Assembly: GCF_009914755.1 (NCBI RefSeq) | Contig: NC_060948.1 | DNA: 64,000 nt | From: the human T2T-CHM13v2.0 reference genome, Homo sapiens | Strand: one strand, 5' to 3' | Program-made: the position numbers and the translations under genes | Part shown: positions 47,700 through 60,920 of the stretch, piece by piece | Layout: every line of letters starts with the position of its first letter | Position numbering within the stretch: position 1 is the first letter of the stretch | The notes under the pieces: model-generated | Told to the model about the DNA's origin: nothing | Database searches by the model: none | Seen by the model: only the letters and a program-made list of their open reading frames with translations

Positions 47700-50600
47700 C
47701 ATTCTCAAGGATGTGTGACTCTGTGTCTGTGTGTGTGTGTGTGTGTCTTTGAGTTTGTGTGTGTGTGTGTGTGTGTATGTTTATCCACTTTATTCGGGTG
47801 TCATAATGAATTGATCAATCCACGTGCTTTATTCTCTTAATGGAAATAACCAGTCTGCGTTGGAGCTGGGCCTCTAAAGTTGTAGAGTGAATGGGTGTGG
47901 GATGTGTTGGGATTCTTCCTACAGGACAGAGTGGGAGAGGTAAAAGCAAAAGACAGCTTAGTTGGAGGCTGACTTCGTCCTGTGGAAGCAGAGATAGTTC
48001 AAGGAAAGGGGTTACTGGGTTTCCAGGGCCCAGTTTGCTGGGACCTCCAAAATCCTTCATTTTGGGTATCATCATACACAGTAGCTAAGCACAGGATGAT
48101 GGAAATCTTAAAGTTCGCTTTCGTGTTGAATCCACATGTTCTTTTAAAGGTGAATGCATGATCCTTTTCTGGGACAATCAGCCTCTCAGGACTTCTGAAA
48201 CATCAACGTGAGAAGAAATGGGCATGTAAGGTGTATGGAGGGACTGTGGGAAAGGTGACAGAGGCATGTGGGAAGGCATTCAGGATACGCTTTTGGCATA
48301 GATGACTAAGGGAAAACAGAAACTTACAGAAGTGAGGGGAAAGGGGGTGGATTAGTGGAATATAAGATTGTTGGAGAATCCATCCATGGACTCTCTTGTC
48401 ACTTGATGACCCAGGATATGGACACTCTTGTTGATGTTTACATCTTTAGTTGTTTTAAGCTTTTCTCCAAGATTCTGTGTTAGGTGAGGAGCCAATAACG
48501 TATGTAGCTAACAACAGTACGAGTGCATTTTGTGCTCTTGCAAAGTCTAGTGAGGCTCTATTCTCCCTCGTGATTGGCACTGCAGATTGTATCTGGAGCC
48601 CAGGGCCCCTAAATTTTCTGTGGCCTCTTCAGCATAGTTTGCCTAAGGTTTAGAACGTAAAGCGAATATAGTTGCGGAATATGTTTTGCAAGCCTCACAC
48701 AGGAGGACAAAACATACAGCTTTCATTCGCGAGTGGGAGGCTGCTTCCCAGGAACACGTGTGTCTGCACAAGACAAGGGGTTGCCTCTGTCAAGGATGGG
48801 GCAGGAGGATTTCAGTGTCGGAGGCAGAACTTTCTTTCCTGTTCCCAGATGAAACAGTTCCAACACGAGCATCCATGTTGACCACACGCTACTAGAGTGC
48901 TAACATTGCTGTCCCGTATAGACTCTGGTCAGCACAGCTTCTGTGAGAAGAGCTATGTTGTTTCAGGGAAGAGGGTTTGACAGTCAAAGTTCCTGAATCT
49001 GTTGTGGTGCCTGCAATATGCATTCTACCCCTCCTGCTCGGTGTCAAAGCAGTTGAGCTTTGAAAATCTATCGCCCGGTTTTGTCCCTGCTCCTATGCAG
49101 ACCTCTGAAGCTCTGGAGCGGGAGTCTTGTCCTCCTCTGACTACCGTCCCCCTGACCCACAAACACAGGAGAAACAGGTGTTCTAAGCAAATTATTCTGA
49201 AAACAGTCGGAACCCTTTGGCCCCCTCAAGCTGCCCTGTATCCTACTGTGTGCATGTCAAAGACACTGTGGTCCAGTACGGTATCCCTATAGCGGCAATG
49301 GGGCAACAGATTGGTGTGTGCACTCTGGGCAACTCAGATTAGGAAACGTCTGGGGACTTGCCTATAACGAGGTCGTCTTAAAACGTGTTGCCCCAAATTT
49401 AAGGCATAGGAAAATGTTGAGGAAAGGGTCTTGCAATGATTTTTCTAGGAGGTAAATAGATAAGAAAATGACCGTAAATAGATGCCAGGGCTAGTTTTGG
49501 AGCTAGCCTGTTTTAAAGTGGTGGTAGGGGAGGAGCTTTTTCCAAGGCAGGTAGCAAACCAGGAACTGTCTACGATGGATGGGCGTGCCACGGGTTGGTG
49601 GCTCAGCCATATTGCCACCCCACCGAGTGAATGCAGCAGACTGGGCTTCTTCCTTGAATCCTACGTGCAATTCAGTCTAGTGATTTCACATGAGATCCCT
49701 TCTTCTGGTATTATCACAGATCGTGCTGAATTATACAGGCTGTGTAATGCTTCTTCCACTGAATATCCGTGCACGTGGGCCACAGATGCTAAGGGCACTG
49801 ACAAATTTGCACCGTGCCTCAGTAACTCGGAAGCACATCTGTGATTTGTACCGACAGGGACTTGGTGTCTTTTCGTGTTTAAAGTAGCACGTGTGTGTTT
49901 GTGGTTGCGTATGTTTATTTCTCTGTGCGGGTTTGTATATTTTCTCTGACTCCACCTGTGTCTCCGTGGTTCCGATATTTTTCCACACTCCCTGCGACAA
50001 TTTGCACATGCCTATCTCTACAACCATTGTAGACTTTGTATCTGTGTCTTTGAACATCTGTCACTCTCTCTCCCTTCCTTTTTTCTTTTCCTTCCTTTAC
50101 ACCCCTTTCATCCTTCCCTTGCTTCCCCACCACACTCTCTCCATCTGTATCGTCTATCTTTCTATTCTCTATCTGGGTTTACTTTCTAATTCTGAATTCA
50201 AGGGCATTGAATTGAAAAGAAGCACTCTTCGTACTTTTATGTGTTTTAACTCATTTGGGGAATTTGGCGTGGTATTATTTACAGGGTTCTCTCTGCCCTT
50301 TCTCATTGTTCTCCCCAGCCGGGGCTGTTATTATGTGAAAGCTGGTTTCCTTCATCACATCGCGTAGGCTCTAATGATGTTTCGTTTATTTTGATTCTCC
50401 TCACACTACATAGTTTTAATTTACCTAATGTGACTGTTTTTTTGTTTGTTTTCCGAGAATGGGTCTTACTCTGTCTTCTAGGTTGGACAGCAGCCCCACG
50501 ATCTCAGCCCACTGCAGCCCAGGCACCACACACCCATGTGATCCTGTCAACTCAGACTCTCACACACCTGGCAGTACAGGTGCATGCCACCCCTCCAAGC

Positions 50601-51132
50601 TATGTATTAATTAACTAAATACTTACTTTTTGAATGTGGGTCCATGTTGCCCCAGGCTCATCTGGAACTCCTGAGTGCAGGCAATCCTCCCACCTCAGCT
50701 TATCAAAGTGCTGGGATGACAGGTGTGACCCATGGCCCTGCCATGGCTTTGTGTTTTTTGCTTTTTTCTTCCTCCTCCTCACGTCTTGTTTTGAAACATG
50801 CACTGAAGGTTTCAATTCATGGACTATAGTCTCTGTGCCTGGAATTTCTATCTTTCAACTCATCATCAGCATTCATTGGGATTTTCATATATATATACAC
50901 CTATATAAGAATACCTATGTACACACATATATACGTATATACATGTATATACGTATATATGCACATTTATATACGTATATACATGTATATACGTATATAT
51001 ATACATGTACACATATGTATTTATTTCTCAAGTTACGAAACGGCTTGCATTCTTTCCTGTGTCATGAAAAAGACTTTGCTAGAAAAGAAAAGCACTGCTT
51101 TATAATAAAATATTTTATTTGCATTTATTTTG

Positions 51133-52882
51133 TTAAGGCATTTTAAAAATTGTATGTTTGTTTAAAAAATGTCATATGAAATGATACATATTTACAACTT
51201 AAGGCGTGATGTTCAACAGGTCATATACATTATGCATTGGATACATCCAGCCAATCAACATATGTGTGACCTCACATAGTTGTCATTTTTGTTGTGAAAA
51301 AACTTGACCTGCACTGTATTCGAATATTTTTAGAGAAAGAATATGTTACCACTAGTTATAGTGAGCATGCTGAAGAAAATATTTTTAACCTATTCCTCCT
51401 TTATAACTAGAAGTATGAGTTCTTCATCCAGCATCTCGTCAGTGCACCCTCTTCACCGCAGTCATTGGAGTCACTACTTCTGTGAAGTCCGCTTTTTTGA
51501 TTTCATATAAGAATGAGATCATGTGCTATTTTCCTTTCTGATACCTGGCTTATGTCACTTAACAGAATGGCATGCACACATTCAGCAGATTCCCACACAT
51601 TCTCACAACTGGCAGGATTTCCTGATTTCTTATTGCAGCGCATATTTCCGTTGCGCATATGCGTTTTTGCCCCATTTTTTAATCCACTTATCAATGGAGG
51701 GACACTCAGGTTGCTTCCGCATTTTGGCTACAGCAAAAATGTAATGAGTGCAGCAATAATTGCATGGGTGCGCGCACCGCTTCAACATACTGATCTGTGT
51801 ACTGGCGGGCGTGCCCGGGTATTCTGATTTGCTGGATCATATAGTGGGTGGTTCTACTTGTAGATTTCTGAAGGCTGTTTATACTTAAATAAGAGCCATA
51901 AAGCTTCTTTAATGCCAGCACTAATTTACATTCTCCCCAAAAGTGAGCAGGGAATTCGTTTTCTCTGCCTCCTCACCAGAGATTAGGGTTTTCTTTTCTT
52001 TCTTTTTTTTTTTTTGTTTGTTTGTCTTTCGGATAATATGCATTCTGACTGAAGTGAGAAGAAATCTCATTGTGTTTTTGATTTGCATTTTCGTGATGGA
52101 TTGGGGATAATGAGGAATTTTTAGTGTGTCTTCTGGGCAACTGTATGTCTCAGTTTCACAAATGAGTCTTCGCAGCCTTCGCCCATTTGTTTTCATGCTA
52201 TTGAGTTGTTGGGAGTTCCTTATGTACTGTGACTATTCCCCCATGAACAGATGTATGGTGATCCAATCATTGCTCCCATCCTGTAGGATGCCCCTTCTGT
52301 ATGTTGAGTTTTCTATGGTGTGGTGAAGCACTTTAGTTTGATATGATTCCATTCTCTATTTTTGATGGTGTTTACTGTGTTCTTGCAGTCACTTTGAGAC
52401 CATCATTGCACACACGGACGCCATGGAGCTTCTTCCTTGTGATCTCTTCTGCTATTTTTATCGTTTCACATCTGACACTGGAGTTTGGTGATAAATAATC
52501 CACTTGTAAAATCCTTTGTGTGGCTATTCAGATTTCCCCAACCTAGTTTATAGAAGATACTTGATTTTGCATTGGGCGTTCTTGCTTCTTTGGGAAAAGG
52601 CTGTGAGCTGCAAATGCAGTGACTTAGTTCTGGGCTCCTGTTGTTTTTCCTAAGCTCTAGTCTCTGCTTTTCTGCCAGTGCTATTGTATTTTGGTACAAA
52701 AAGTTTTGTAGTAGTATATCATGAAGTTAGGTAGTGGGGTGGCTCCAGCTTTGTGCTTTTTACTGGATTGCTCTGGGTTTTCAGGATCTTCTGCCATTTC
52801 ATAGCAAATTTGGGATTCCCAGATTGTTTTCTAAGAAGAATGTGTCATTGATATTTTTAAAGGGGTTGTATAGAATCTGAGG
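51133..52882 (-). mobile_element. Old LINE-1 fragment, copy 3
   Basis: Copy of 10540-12290. Confidence 0.85.
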
Positions 52883-52961
52883 ATGACTCAGGTAGTAGTG
52901 ATGTCAATGCCGTTTAGACAATGTGCGTGTTTGTGTGCACATGCTCAGGGCCAAGAGACAC

Positions 52962-54372
52962 TGGGTGTCCTCACCAATACTGAGGTGGGCCTTAATATCC
53001 AGCCAGATTGCCTTCTGGAAACACACGGAATGTCCTGTTCTGTTTTGCCATCTCTTCACATTTCCTCCCCTGTGAGCCCTGTGTGGTCCTCCAGATTCCC
53101 TGTGCGGTGGCCTGCCTTTTTTGGGGTGGGGAGTTGCTGGGTGAATGAGGATGGCGGAGGGAACCAAGCATGTCAGTGGAGCGTGGTGTCATCCAAACGG
53201 TACTTAGCAGGCCTGGGAGAGTCATTCTGGGAGGACGCAGACCTAGAGAGGCCTCAGGTGGGCATCTGTGTGGAGGGTGAGAGATCCCTGGTTGAGCCCA
53301 AACTGAACCCCAGGTAGAAGCAAGCCTCAGGACAGGGAAGTAGCTAGCAAGGGATGATGAGGCAGCTATCTCTTGACCCTGGCTTCCCACCCATTGACCT
53401 TAGCTACTTATGCCTATTAAGCAGATTACGGTTCCCCCATCGTGAAATGTGGGTACCACAGTTCCCTGATGGGCATTTCTCCACCAGCCCATGATGGCCT
53501 GAGTTTCCTTACTGCAGTCTCCTCCCTGAGCCTTGGCTTCTCTATGTGTGTCCTAACTCCAGGACCCACAGGCCTGTCAACCCCCAGCCCTGGGCTGCTT
53601 CCCTGGCCTCTTCTCTGTTCCCTCTCTGAGGGCCTAACTCCCTTGGGTAGTGCTGCAGAATATAGAGCCACAGGCCCTGGCTGATGATCTGGTGGACTGG
53701 GCAAATTGGTCGTGACAGGTCAGGTTCTGGTTCAAAGCCAATTCCTCCGATGCCAAGGAATGTCGAAGAAGGTCCTTTGCCATGATGCCCCATAGCTGCC
53801 CCACCTCAGCAATCGTGCCGTAACCTGGGCCCTCACAGTCAGACAACCAGCTGAAGAAGCTCAGGCAGTGACCTGCGGGAAACTCGGGCTTTCACCTGCA
53901 TGACCCTAGAACCACTGGACTGCAGTGGAGCCAGTCGCCCTGTATCCTGGAGGGAGACGAGTCAGGAAGGCGCACGCCAGGCCCAGCTCCCGAGGTACTA
54001 CCCCCTCTACTCCTCAGGGAGGATGCCAACGCAATACTCCTTAGTCATCACTTTGTTTCCGAAGTAAATGTTGTGATGAAAGGCAAACTTCTTCCTACCC
54101 CTTGTATTCAGGGTGGCCGAGTTCCTCCACCTGCCTGTCCAAGAAGGAGAAACAGGGCTGTGAAGGGGCAATTTCATCTAGGTGGGCTGAGGTGGCATTC
54201 TAGCCGGGGTGAAGCATGCGTTTCCCCTTCCCAGCTTTCCCGCTGAGACACACCTGAGCCCCAGAAGGACCTCAACCTGACCAGGACCTTAGCACCCTCC
54301 CCCAGACCCAGGCTTTCCATCCTGACCTGCAAATCCAACATGCAGCTTTGAAGGACTTTCTCATGGTTTCTG
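52962..54372 (-). pseudogene. Second TSPY-like relic, copy 3
   Basis: Copy of 12370-13780. Confidence 0.85.
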
Positions 54373-57185
54373 AGCTCCTTGCTCTCACCAGAAAGAATCA
54401 GAACTTTTAAAGTGTTCTTTATGCCAACTTAAATTTTTCATTTTTACTACCTCATGTTTTGGATGAGGCATGTATTTTTAAATTTATTTTCACCCTTATT
54501 GTACCTCTATGATAAACTGCTTGCTTACATTCATACCGTAATTATCTCTCAGGTTACTTGTCTGTTCCTAAAGATTCACTGAAACGAAGAATTCTATATA
54601 TGCTTGTATCTTTCAGCAACCGTATGTCAGATAGCACTGCACATTACTGCAGACATCGCATATACAGGTCCAAAGGTAGAGGAAGAAGAAGAAAGCAAGC
54701 GTTAAGCTCTATACATTCCTAAAAGCATATCAGAAACTCACAAATAACAGTGAAATCAAAGAATGATCACAGCCAATTCCATTACATACCTAGACTGAAA
54801 TACGAAACTTCAAAGAAAAGAAACATTAGAACTTTGGGTTTGTAAAAATTTTCCTATATAGATAAAATTATTGGTAACTGTGTCTCACTAGAAAACGTAA
54901 ACAAAAGTCCATGTTTTTCATATTTGTAAATATACATAGTTTTATTTCCATCAGTTATGACATGCAAGCAAGTAATAAAGTGAAAGTACAATCAAATGAT
55001 ATATGGAACTTCCTCAGTCTTAAAATATTCCATGGAGACTATCAATTTTATGAAAACTATAAAGAATGCTTCATGAAACTACATTGTACAGTGCCATTTA
55101 CTATTTTACTGACATTTTAAATAATCAACAATTAAAGGGAATACGTCAACATTATTTAATACCAATAACGTTATTTTTCTTGAGTAATCCTGTTGAAATT
55201 AAGGATTTTAAATAAAACATTAAAAACAAATTATATTGACTGATTTCAGCTTTGGATGAAATCATACTTGTGTATTTGTAGTAATGCGAAGCATAACTTT
55301 CTCCTCACAATTAATCTTTTATAACATCGGTGTTATAGTTTTCTCTGACACCAACATTGTGATATCGCACAGGTTTACTGCATGCATGCATTACATGCCT
55401 CCAGAGAGTAGGCTTCAAATATATGGAAAAATTATATTTATGAAAAAATTCTAGGAAAGGGAATGGTGAAATGGAAGAGAATTTCTCACTTGCTAACTGT
55501 TGGACATGGATTTGTATATATTTGGATATAGACACATACTGGCACACTGTGAGTTTGCCCATGTATATATACACTTATATGAGAAACCCATAATATATGG
55601 GTTGTGTAATCTTTTAATTAATCCATAATTGTATGTGTGTGAAATTAGATAAGCGGTTACCTTTTCTTTACTCAATTTGATGGAAAGCCAAAAAACTCTG
55701 TCCACCTTCATTTCAATTAATCCAATACTGTTAACTGCTGGTAGCTTCATTCTCCTTGTTCTCTTACGGCAACCGGAAAGTTAATTCTCGCTCTAATTTG
55801 GCTTTCAAGGTGCGATCAACAAGAGTGTCACCTTGCTGTGGATTGTGACCTCTGACTCCACCTCTGTCTTCCTTTTGCAGTCCTACCTTTGCATAGGTAA
55901 CAAACTTTGTACATGGTTAAAAGGATAAAAGTTCAGTGAAATGTCAAGCCATGCTGTGAAATGTTCCATAGTTTCTATATCTCTAATTGTCCTTTGATGT
56001 TATAGAGGCAAGAAAAATAATTCAATGTTTTTCTTAGTATCTAGTCCAATGCACTCTTTCTTCATAATACTGCAAACAAGGCACTGACATGGAAACGTGG
56101 CTGGACGTCTCAAAATCTCTTCTCATTAATTACCATTATGTTAATCACTGTTGCCCACAACTGGAATTGGACTTTGAAATCCCCTGGTGGAAATTGCTAT
56201 AATGGCTCAAACTACTGGAAAGACTATCTTTTTTTTACCTGAAAATATCTGATGAGCATAGACGTATGCTATATACAGGAACATATTGTACATTAACAAC
56301 ATACCATCACTGCCACTCAATAATAGGTATCCCAAACCTTTGAGCCAAACTGAGCTCGGGTGCTCCCACAAACCAAGCTTTTCCCTCCACAGATTTCTTA
56401 TGTCAAAAAGCCACAACTCCAGGCCAGGCTTCGTGGCTCTTGTTGTAATTTCTACATTTTGGGAGGCCGAGGTTGGTGGGTCACTTGAGGTCAGGAGTTG
56501 GAGACCAGCATGGGCAACATGGCAAAAAGCTGTCTCTACCAAAAATACAAAAATTAGCCAGACCTAGTGGCACTTTCCTGTGGTCCCAGCTACTTGGGAG
56601 GCTGAGGCAGGAGAACCACCTGAACATGGGTGGCAGAGATTGTATAGTAAGCCAAGATCAGACTACTGCACTCCAGCCTGGATGACACAGCGAGACCATG
56701 ACTGAAAAAAGAAAAAAAAAAAATAAAGGCAACTCCACTCGTCCACTGGCTTAGGTAAAAAGTACTGGAGTTGGCTGGGCTCGGTGGCTCACACCTGTAT
56801 TCCCAGCACTTTGGATTTTGGGAAGCTGAGTCGGGCGGGTCACCTGAGATCTGTAGTAGGAGAGCAGCCTGGCCAACATGGTGAAGCCTGGCTTCTACTA
56901 AAAATACAAAACATTAGCTGAGCGTGGTGATGCATGCTTGTAATCCCAGCTACTGCAGAGGCTGAACCTGGGAGGCGGAGGATGTGTTGAGCTGAGATCC
57001 TGCCACTGCGCTCCAGCCTGGTCTACAGAGCGAGAGTACCCTGTGAGAAACAAAGGTGAAGAGAACAAGAAAAAAAAAATGAGAAAAATAAGACCCACTG
57101 CAAAAGGTTGCCACAGAAAAGATTAAACATTTCAGCAACTTCTATCTTCTGTCATGGAAGCCAAGGTTATTTGGACCAAACCTCC

Positions 57186-57538
57186 TGTCTTAGTTCATTT
57201 TCACGCTGCTGAAGAAGACATACCTGAAACTGGGAATAAAAGGAGGTTTAATTGGACTGACAGTTCCACATGGCTGTGGAGGCCTCAGAATCATGGTATA
57301 CGAATAAAGGCACTTCTTACATGGCAATGCCAAGAGAGAATGAGGAAGAACCTGAGGCAGAAACCCCTGAAAAACCCATCAGATCCCGTGAGACTTCTTC
57401 ACTGTCACAAGAATAGCATGAGAAAGACCGACCCCCATGATTCAATTACCTCCCCCTGGGTCCCACCCGCAACACGAGGGAATTCTGGGAGATACAATTG
57501 AAGCTGAGATTTGAATGGAGACACACCAAACCATGTCA
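57186..57538 (-). mobile_element. MaLR solo LTR (THE1C-like), copy 3
   Basis: Copy of 16579-16931. Confidence 0.9.
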
Positions 57539-60500
57539 CTTCCCAAACAATTAAAAATTCCCAATAGAAGAAGCATTAATTATATCAAAAAGTGGTGGAC
57601 CAAGAAGGAACTATTAGCCTCATATCTCAAGAAAGACTCCAGTCAAGGCCTAGGGACTACTCATGAAAAGAGTTTAATAGCCGACTCTCTCCCAGTGGAT
57701 CTGGATTCCACCGGACTGTATCTTCACAGTAAGGGTGAAACAGAAGCAAACCCATTCCTATTTCCAAGCTCAAGGAACTTTGGTCAAAGTTCTCTTGGAG
57801 CTGAGCAGAACAAGGAGGCAAACAGAAAAGATTTGTGTCCCTAAGAAGTCATGGCCACAGGCTGGCTATCACACAGATTGTCAAGCCAGTTCCATATTGC
57901 ATGGGTATTACAGAAAATCTCAAAACATAAATTTGTGTGTGGGTTGTCCCAGAGTAGCAGGATCTGGCAGAAGGAAATTTCCTTCTAACCCTCAAAGAAT
58001 CCACATAAATCTTGTTACATTTGGGATTTTACGATTTGCTTCAGGAATGAGAATGGCCTTAATTTTCATATCTTTTTCTACACTCAGTTTATGTCTTGTT
58101 GGCGTCAAAGTTCTGCTTGCTTCACACAATGAGTTTAGGATTTTCCCTTTTTTATTCTATAGAATTCTTCATATATATTGAAATGCTCTGCCTGGGGAAA
58201 AAAATCTGAGCCTAGCGTTTTATCTCTAGGAAGAATCCTTTATTTCCTTGAACATTTATGAGACTATACAGATTATATATGTCTTCTTGTATCAATTTTA
58301 CTAAGCTATATACATAGCTTATGTTTATATATTATATATATAAATGTAAGATACAAATATAAAAATTATGTATAAATATGAAAATATATATAGAAAGCGA
58401 TATATATGTCTATATATATAGACAGATTATAAATATCTGTCTATTTGACCTAAGTTTTCAAATTTGTAGGTTAAGGTGTTAACGATATTTCCTTATTAGC
58501 TTCTTAGTCTATGCTGTATCTATGGTTGTGTACCTTTTAAATTCTTAGTTTTATCTATGTTTTCTCCCTTTTTTTCTAAACTTGACTGACGGTTGCATCA
58601 TTTATTATATTTCTCCAACAAGCAAAGGTTAGCTTTGTATGTTTTACTAATTTTGTCTACATCATTATTCCCACACTTTAGTTTTTCAGAATTGATTCTG
58701 TTGTTTCTTTTCTAATTCTTTATTGAAATATCTAGTACATTAATTTTCAAGTTATTAGAGAAATATTTGTCTGTAAACTCCTATTGTAATATCACTTTTC
58801 TTGCTACTCACAGATTTAATCTTTAATATTGGCGGTATCATTGAGTTCTAAGTACATTTCAATTCCTAGTATGATAATCTATGAATTGCTGAGAAATAGT
58901 GTTTACAATTTTGTTGTTCTATTTCCACTTAAGTTTATTTTTACTTCTGCTAACTCAATTGAAAATTCTTTACTAATTTTTAAAATCCTTGAACCCAAGA
59001 GATGGAGGTTGCAGTGAGCTGAGATCAGGCCACTGCATTCCAGACTGAGTGACAGAGTGGAACGAGATTTCAAAACAAAACAAAACAAAACAAAACAAAA
59101 CAAAACAGTCACTGGAAAGATAATAAAATACATAAATGTGGGATGTAATATGTAATCGTGATAAAATAAACTGGATTTTTTGTATAAGTTATACATATAA
59201 ATGTAATGCCAAGACACTGATAAGACAACTCATGGTCTTATCTCAATACTTAGTGTCTTCATGTAACATATGTCCTTTAGGATAGTTATAGTCCGTTTTC
59301 TTTCCAGGAGAGACAGATGAGAATGCAGAAATGTTAAAGTGCAAGGGACGGAAGCTTCCAGCTGTGCCCACCTGTAACCTGACGTAGACAGTTCCACCGT
59401 TTGCTTCATTAATCATGCCAAAGGCTCTAATGCAAATGTGGTACAGAGTCACATGTTTTTGTATCTACATGATAGAAACTATAACTTCATCCCTATATAG
59501 AAGGGTATATAGCATATGCCTCAGTGATAAATATAAGTGAATCATTGATCAGTAGGAAACCATTTTAAAAGTCTTTCATAACAGAACAAAATCCCTGAAA
59601 ACATTTTCTTCTCAATCTCTGAGTTTTCTTACACGGCTTATGAATCTCTAGCCATACTAAAGAGATAGTATGCTGCTCTTCCCACAAATTATTCATTGTA
59701 TATAATTCCTGTAATCTAATAACAGTACCTTTACACCTCAGGGTTTAAAATGACTCCAACCTTTTTCTGTTTCTCCAATTAAAATAACTTTTTTAAGGTT
59801 TAATCTTCAGTAATTTTTTGTAGTAATATTTTTGAAGGTATTTGACCAGGATGATTTGCTTATATACCTACCTGACGTCTCCCTTTCTTCTGAATACATA
59901 TTTTATTACCCACCTATTAGATCTAAGTTTAAGAAGTTGGAATAGGGATTTAAATCTAAATTCTACATTTGAATTTACAGGAGTCAGCGAGTCCGGGAAG
60001 TGCCTTTATGCACAGACCAATATCTGGCAATGGCACTAGGAGACAAATAAGCTTTACCAGTCTCAAAGCCCTGGCTACTACAGTGAATCCACCCTTCTCC
60101 TGGATCTTATCTACTTCAGCAAAAGAAGGCCACCCACTAAACCAGGCCCTTGTACTTTGGGTGGAAACTCCTAAGTCCTCTAGTCTCCTCAAACAGACAG
60201 CCAGGCTGCCAATTTCCACAATAATAATTTCTATAGCACTGAGTCTTTGGTAGCCTTGTAACTATAGCTACTGATGCTACAGTCTGGTCCCTGTATGATA
60301 AAACACCAGAGCAACAGAAACAAAAATATTGACTGAAGCCTTCTAAAATCTCTCTAAATATACCTTCAATAAATATGGTTTTTTTTACAGAACGACTGCT
60401 TTCAGCTTCCTGAACTAACGCTTGGCCTTCGCTAGTTGTCACTGTTGAAATTGATTCAAAAGTGTACATTTAACATGAAAGTCAACACAGAATTTCATGT

Positions 60501-60765
60501 GTCAGCAACTAAAATTTTCAAAATGTTGCAAAATACAAATGTGAAACTGTATTTGTGAAATTTACCATTCATTGAAATTATATTTTCATACCTACCCAGG
60601 CACAGAATTTTTTATAACTGTCTGCATGTTCTCCTCATGTGGGGGAAAAGCAGCATCAGCAGGCAGAGGAATCCTTTGAAGCTGGAGGGAGAGGTTGCAG
60701 TGATCTGAGAGTTTGCCACTTGACTGCAGCCTGGATGACACAGTGAGACTCCAACTGAAAAGAAA

Positions 60766-60808
<43 letters not shown>

Positions 60809-60882
60809 CCAAAATTGATAAGTAAAAAAAAAATCCATATTCGAAAACATGCTCACAGGCTATCTCCCATATCTAACACACA

Positions 60883-60913
<31 letters not shown>

Positions 60914-60920
<7 letters not shown>

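Larger units (their letters stand above)
40606..60913 (+). repeat. TSPY/DYZ5 tandem repeat unit 3 (20,308 bp)
   Basis: Near-identical to units 1 and 2. Confidence 0.98.
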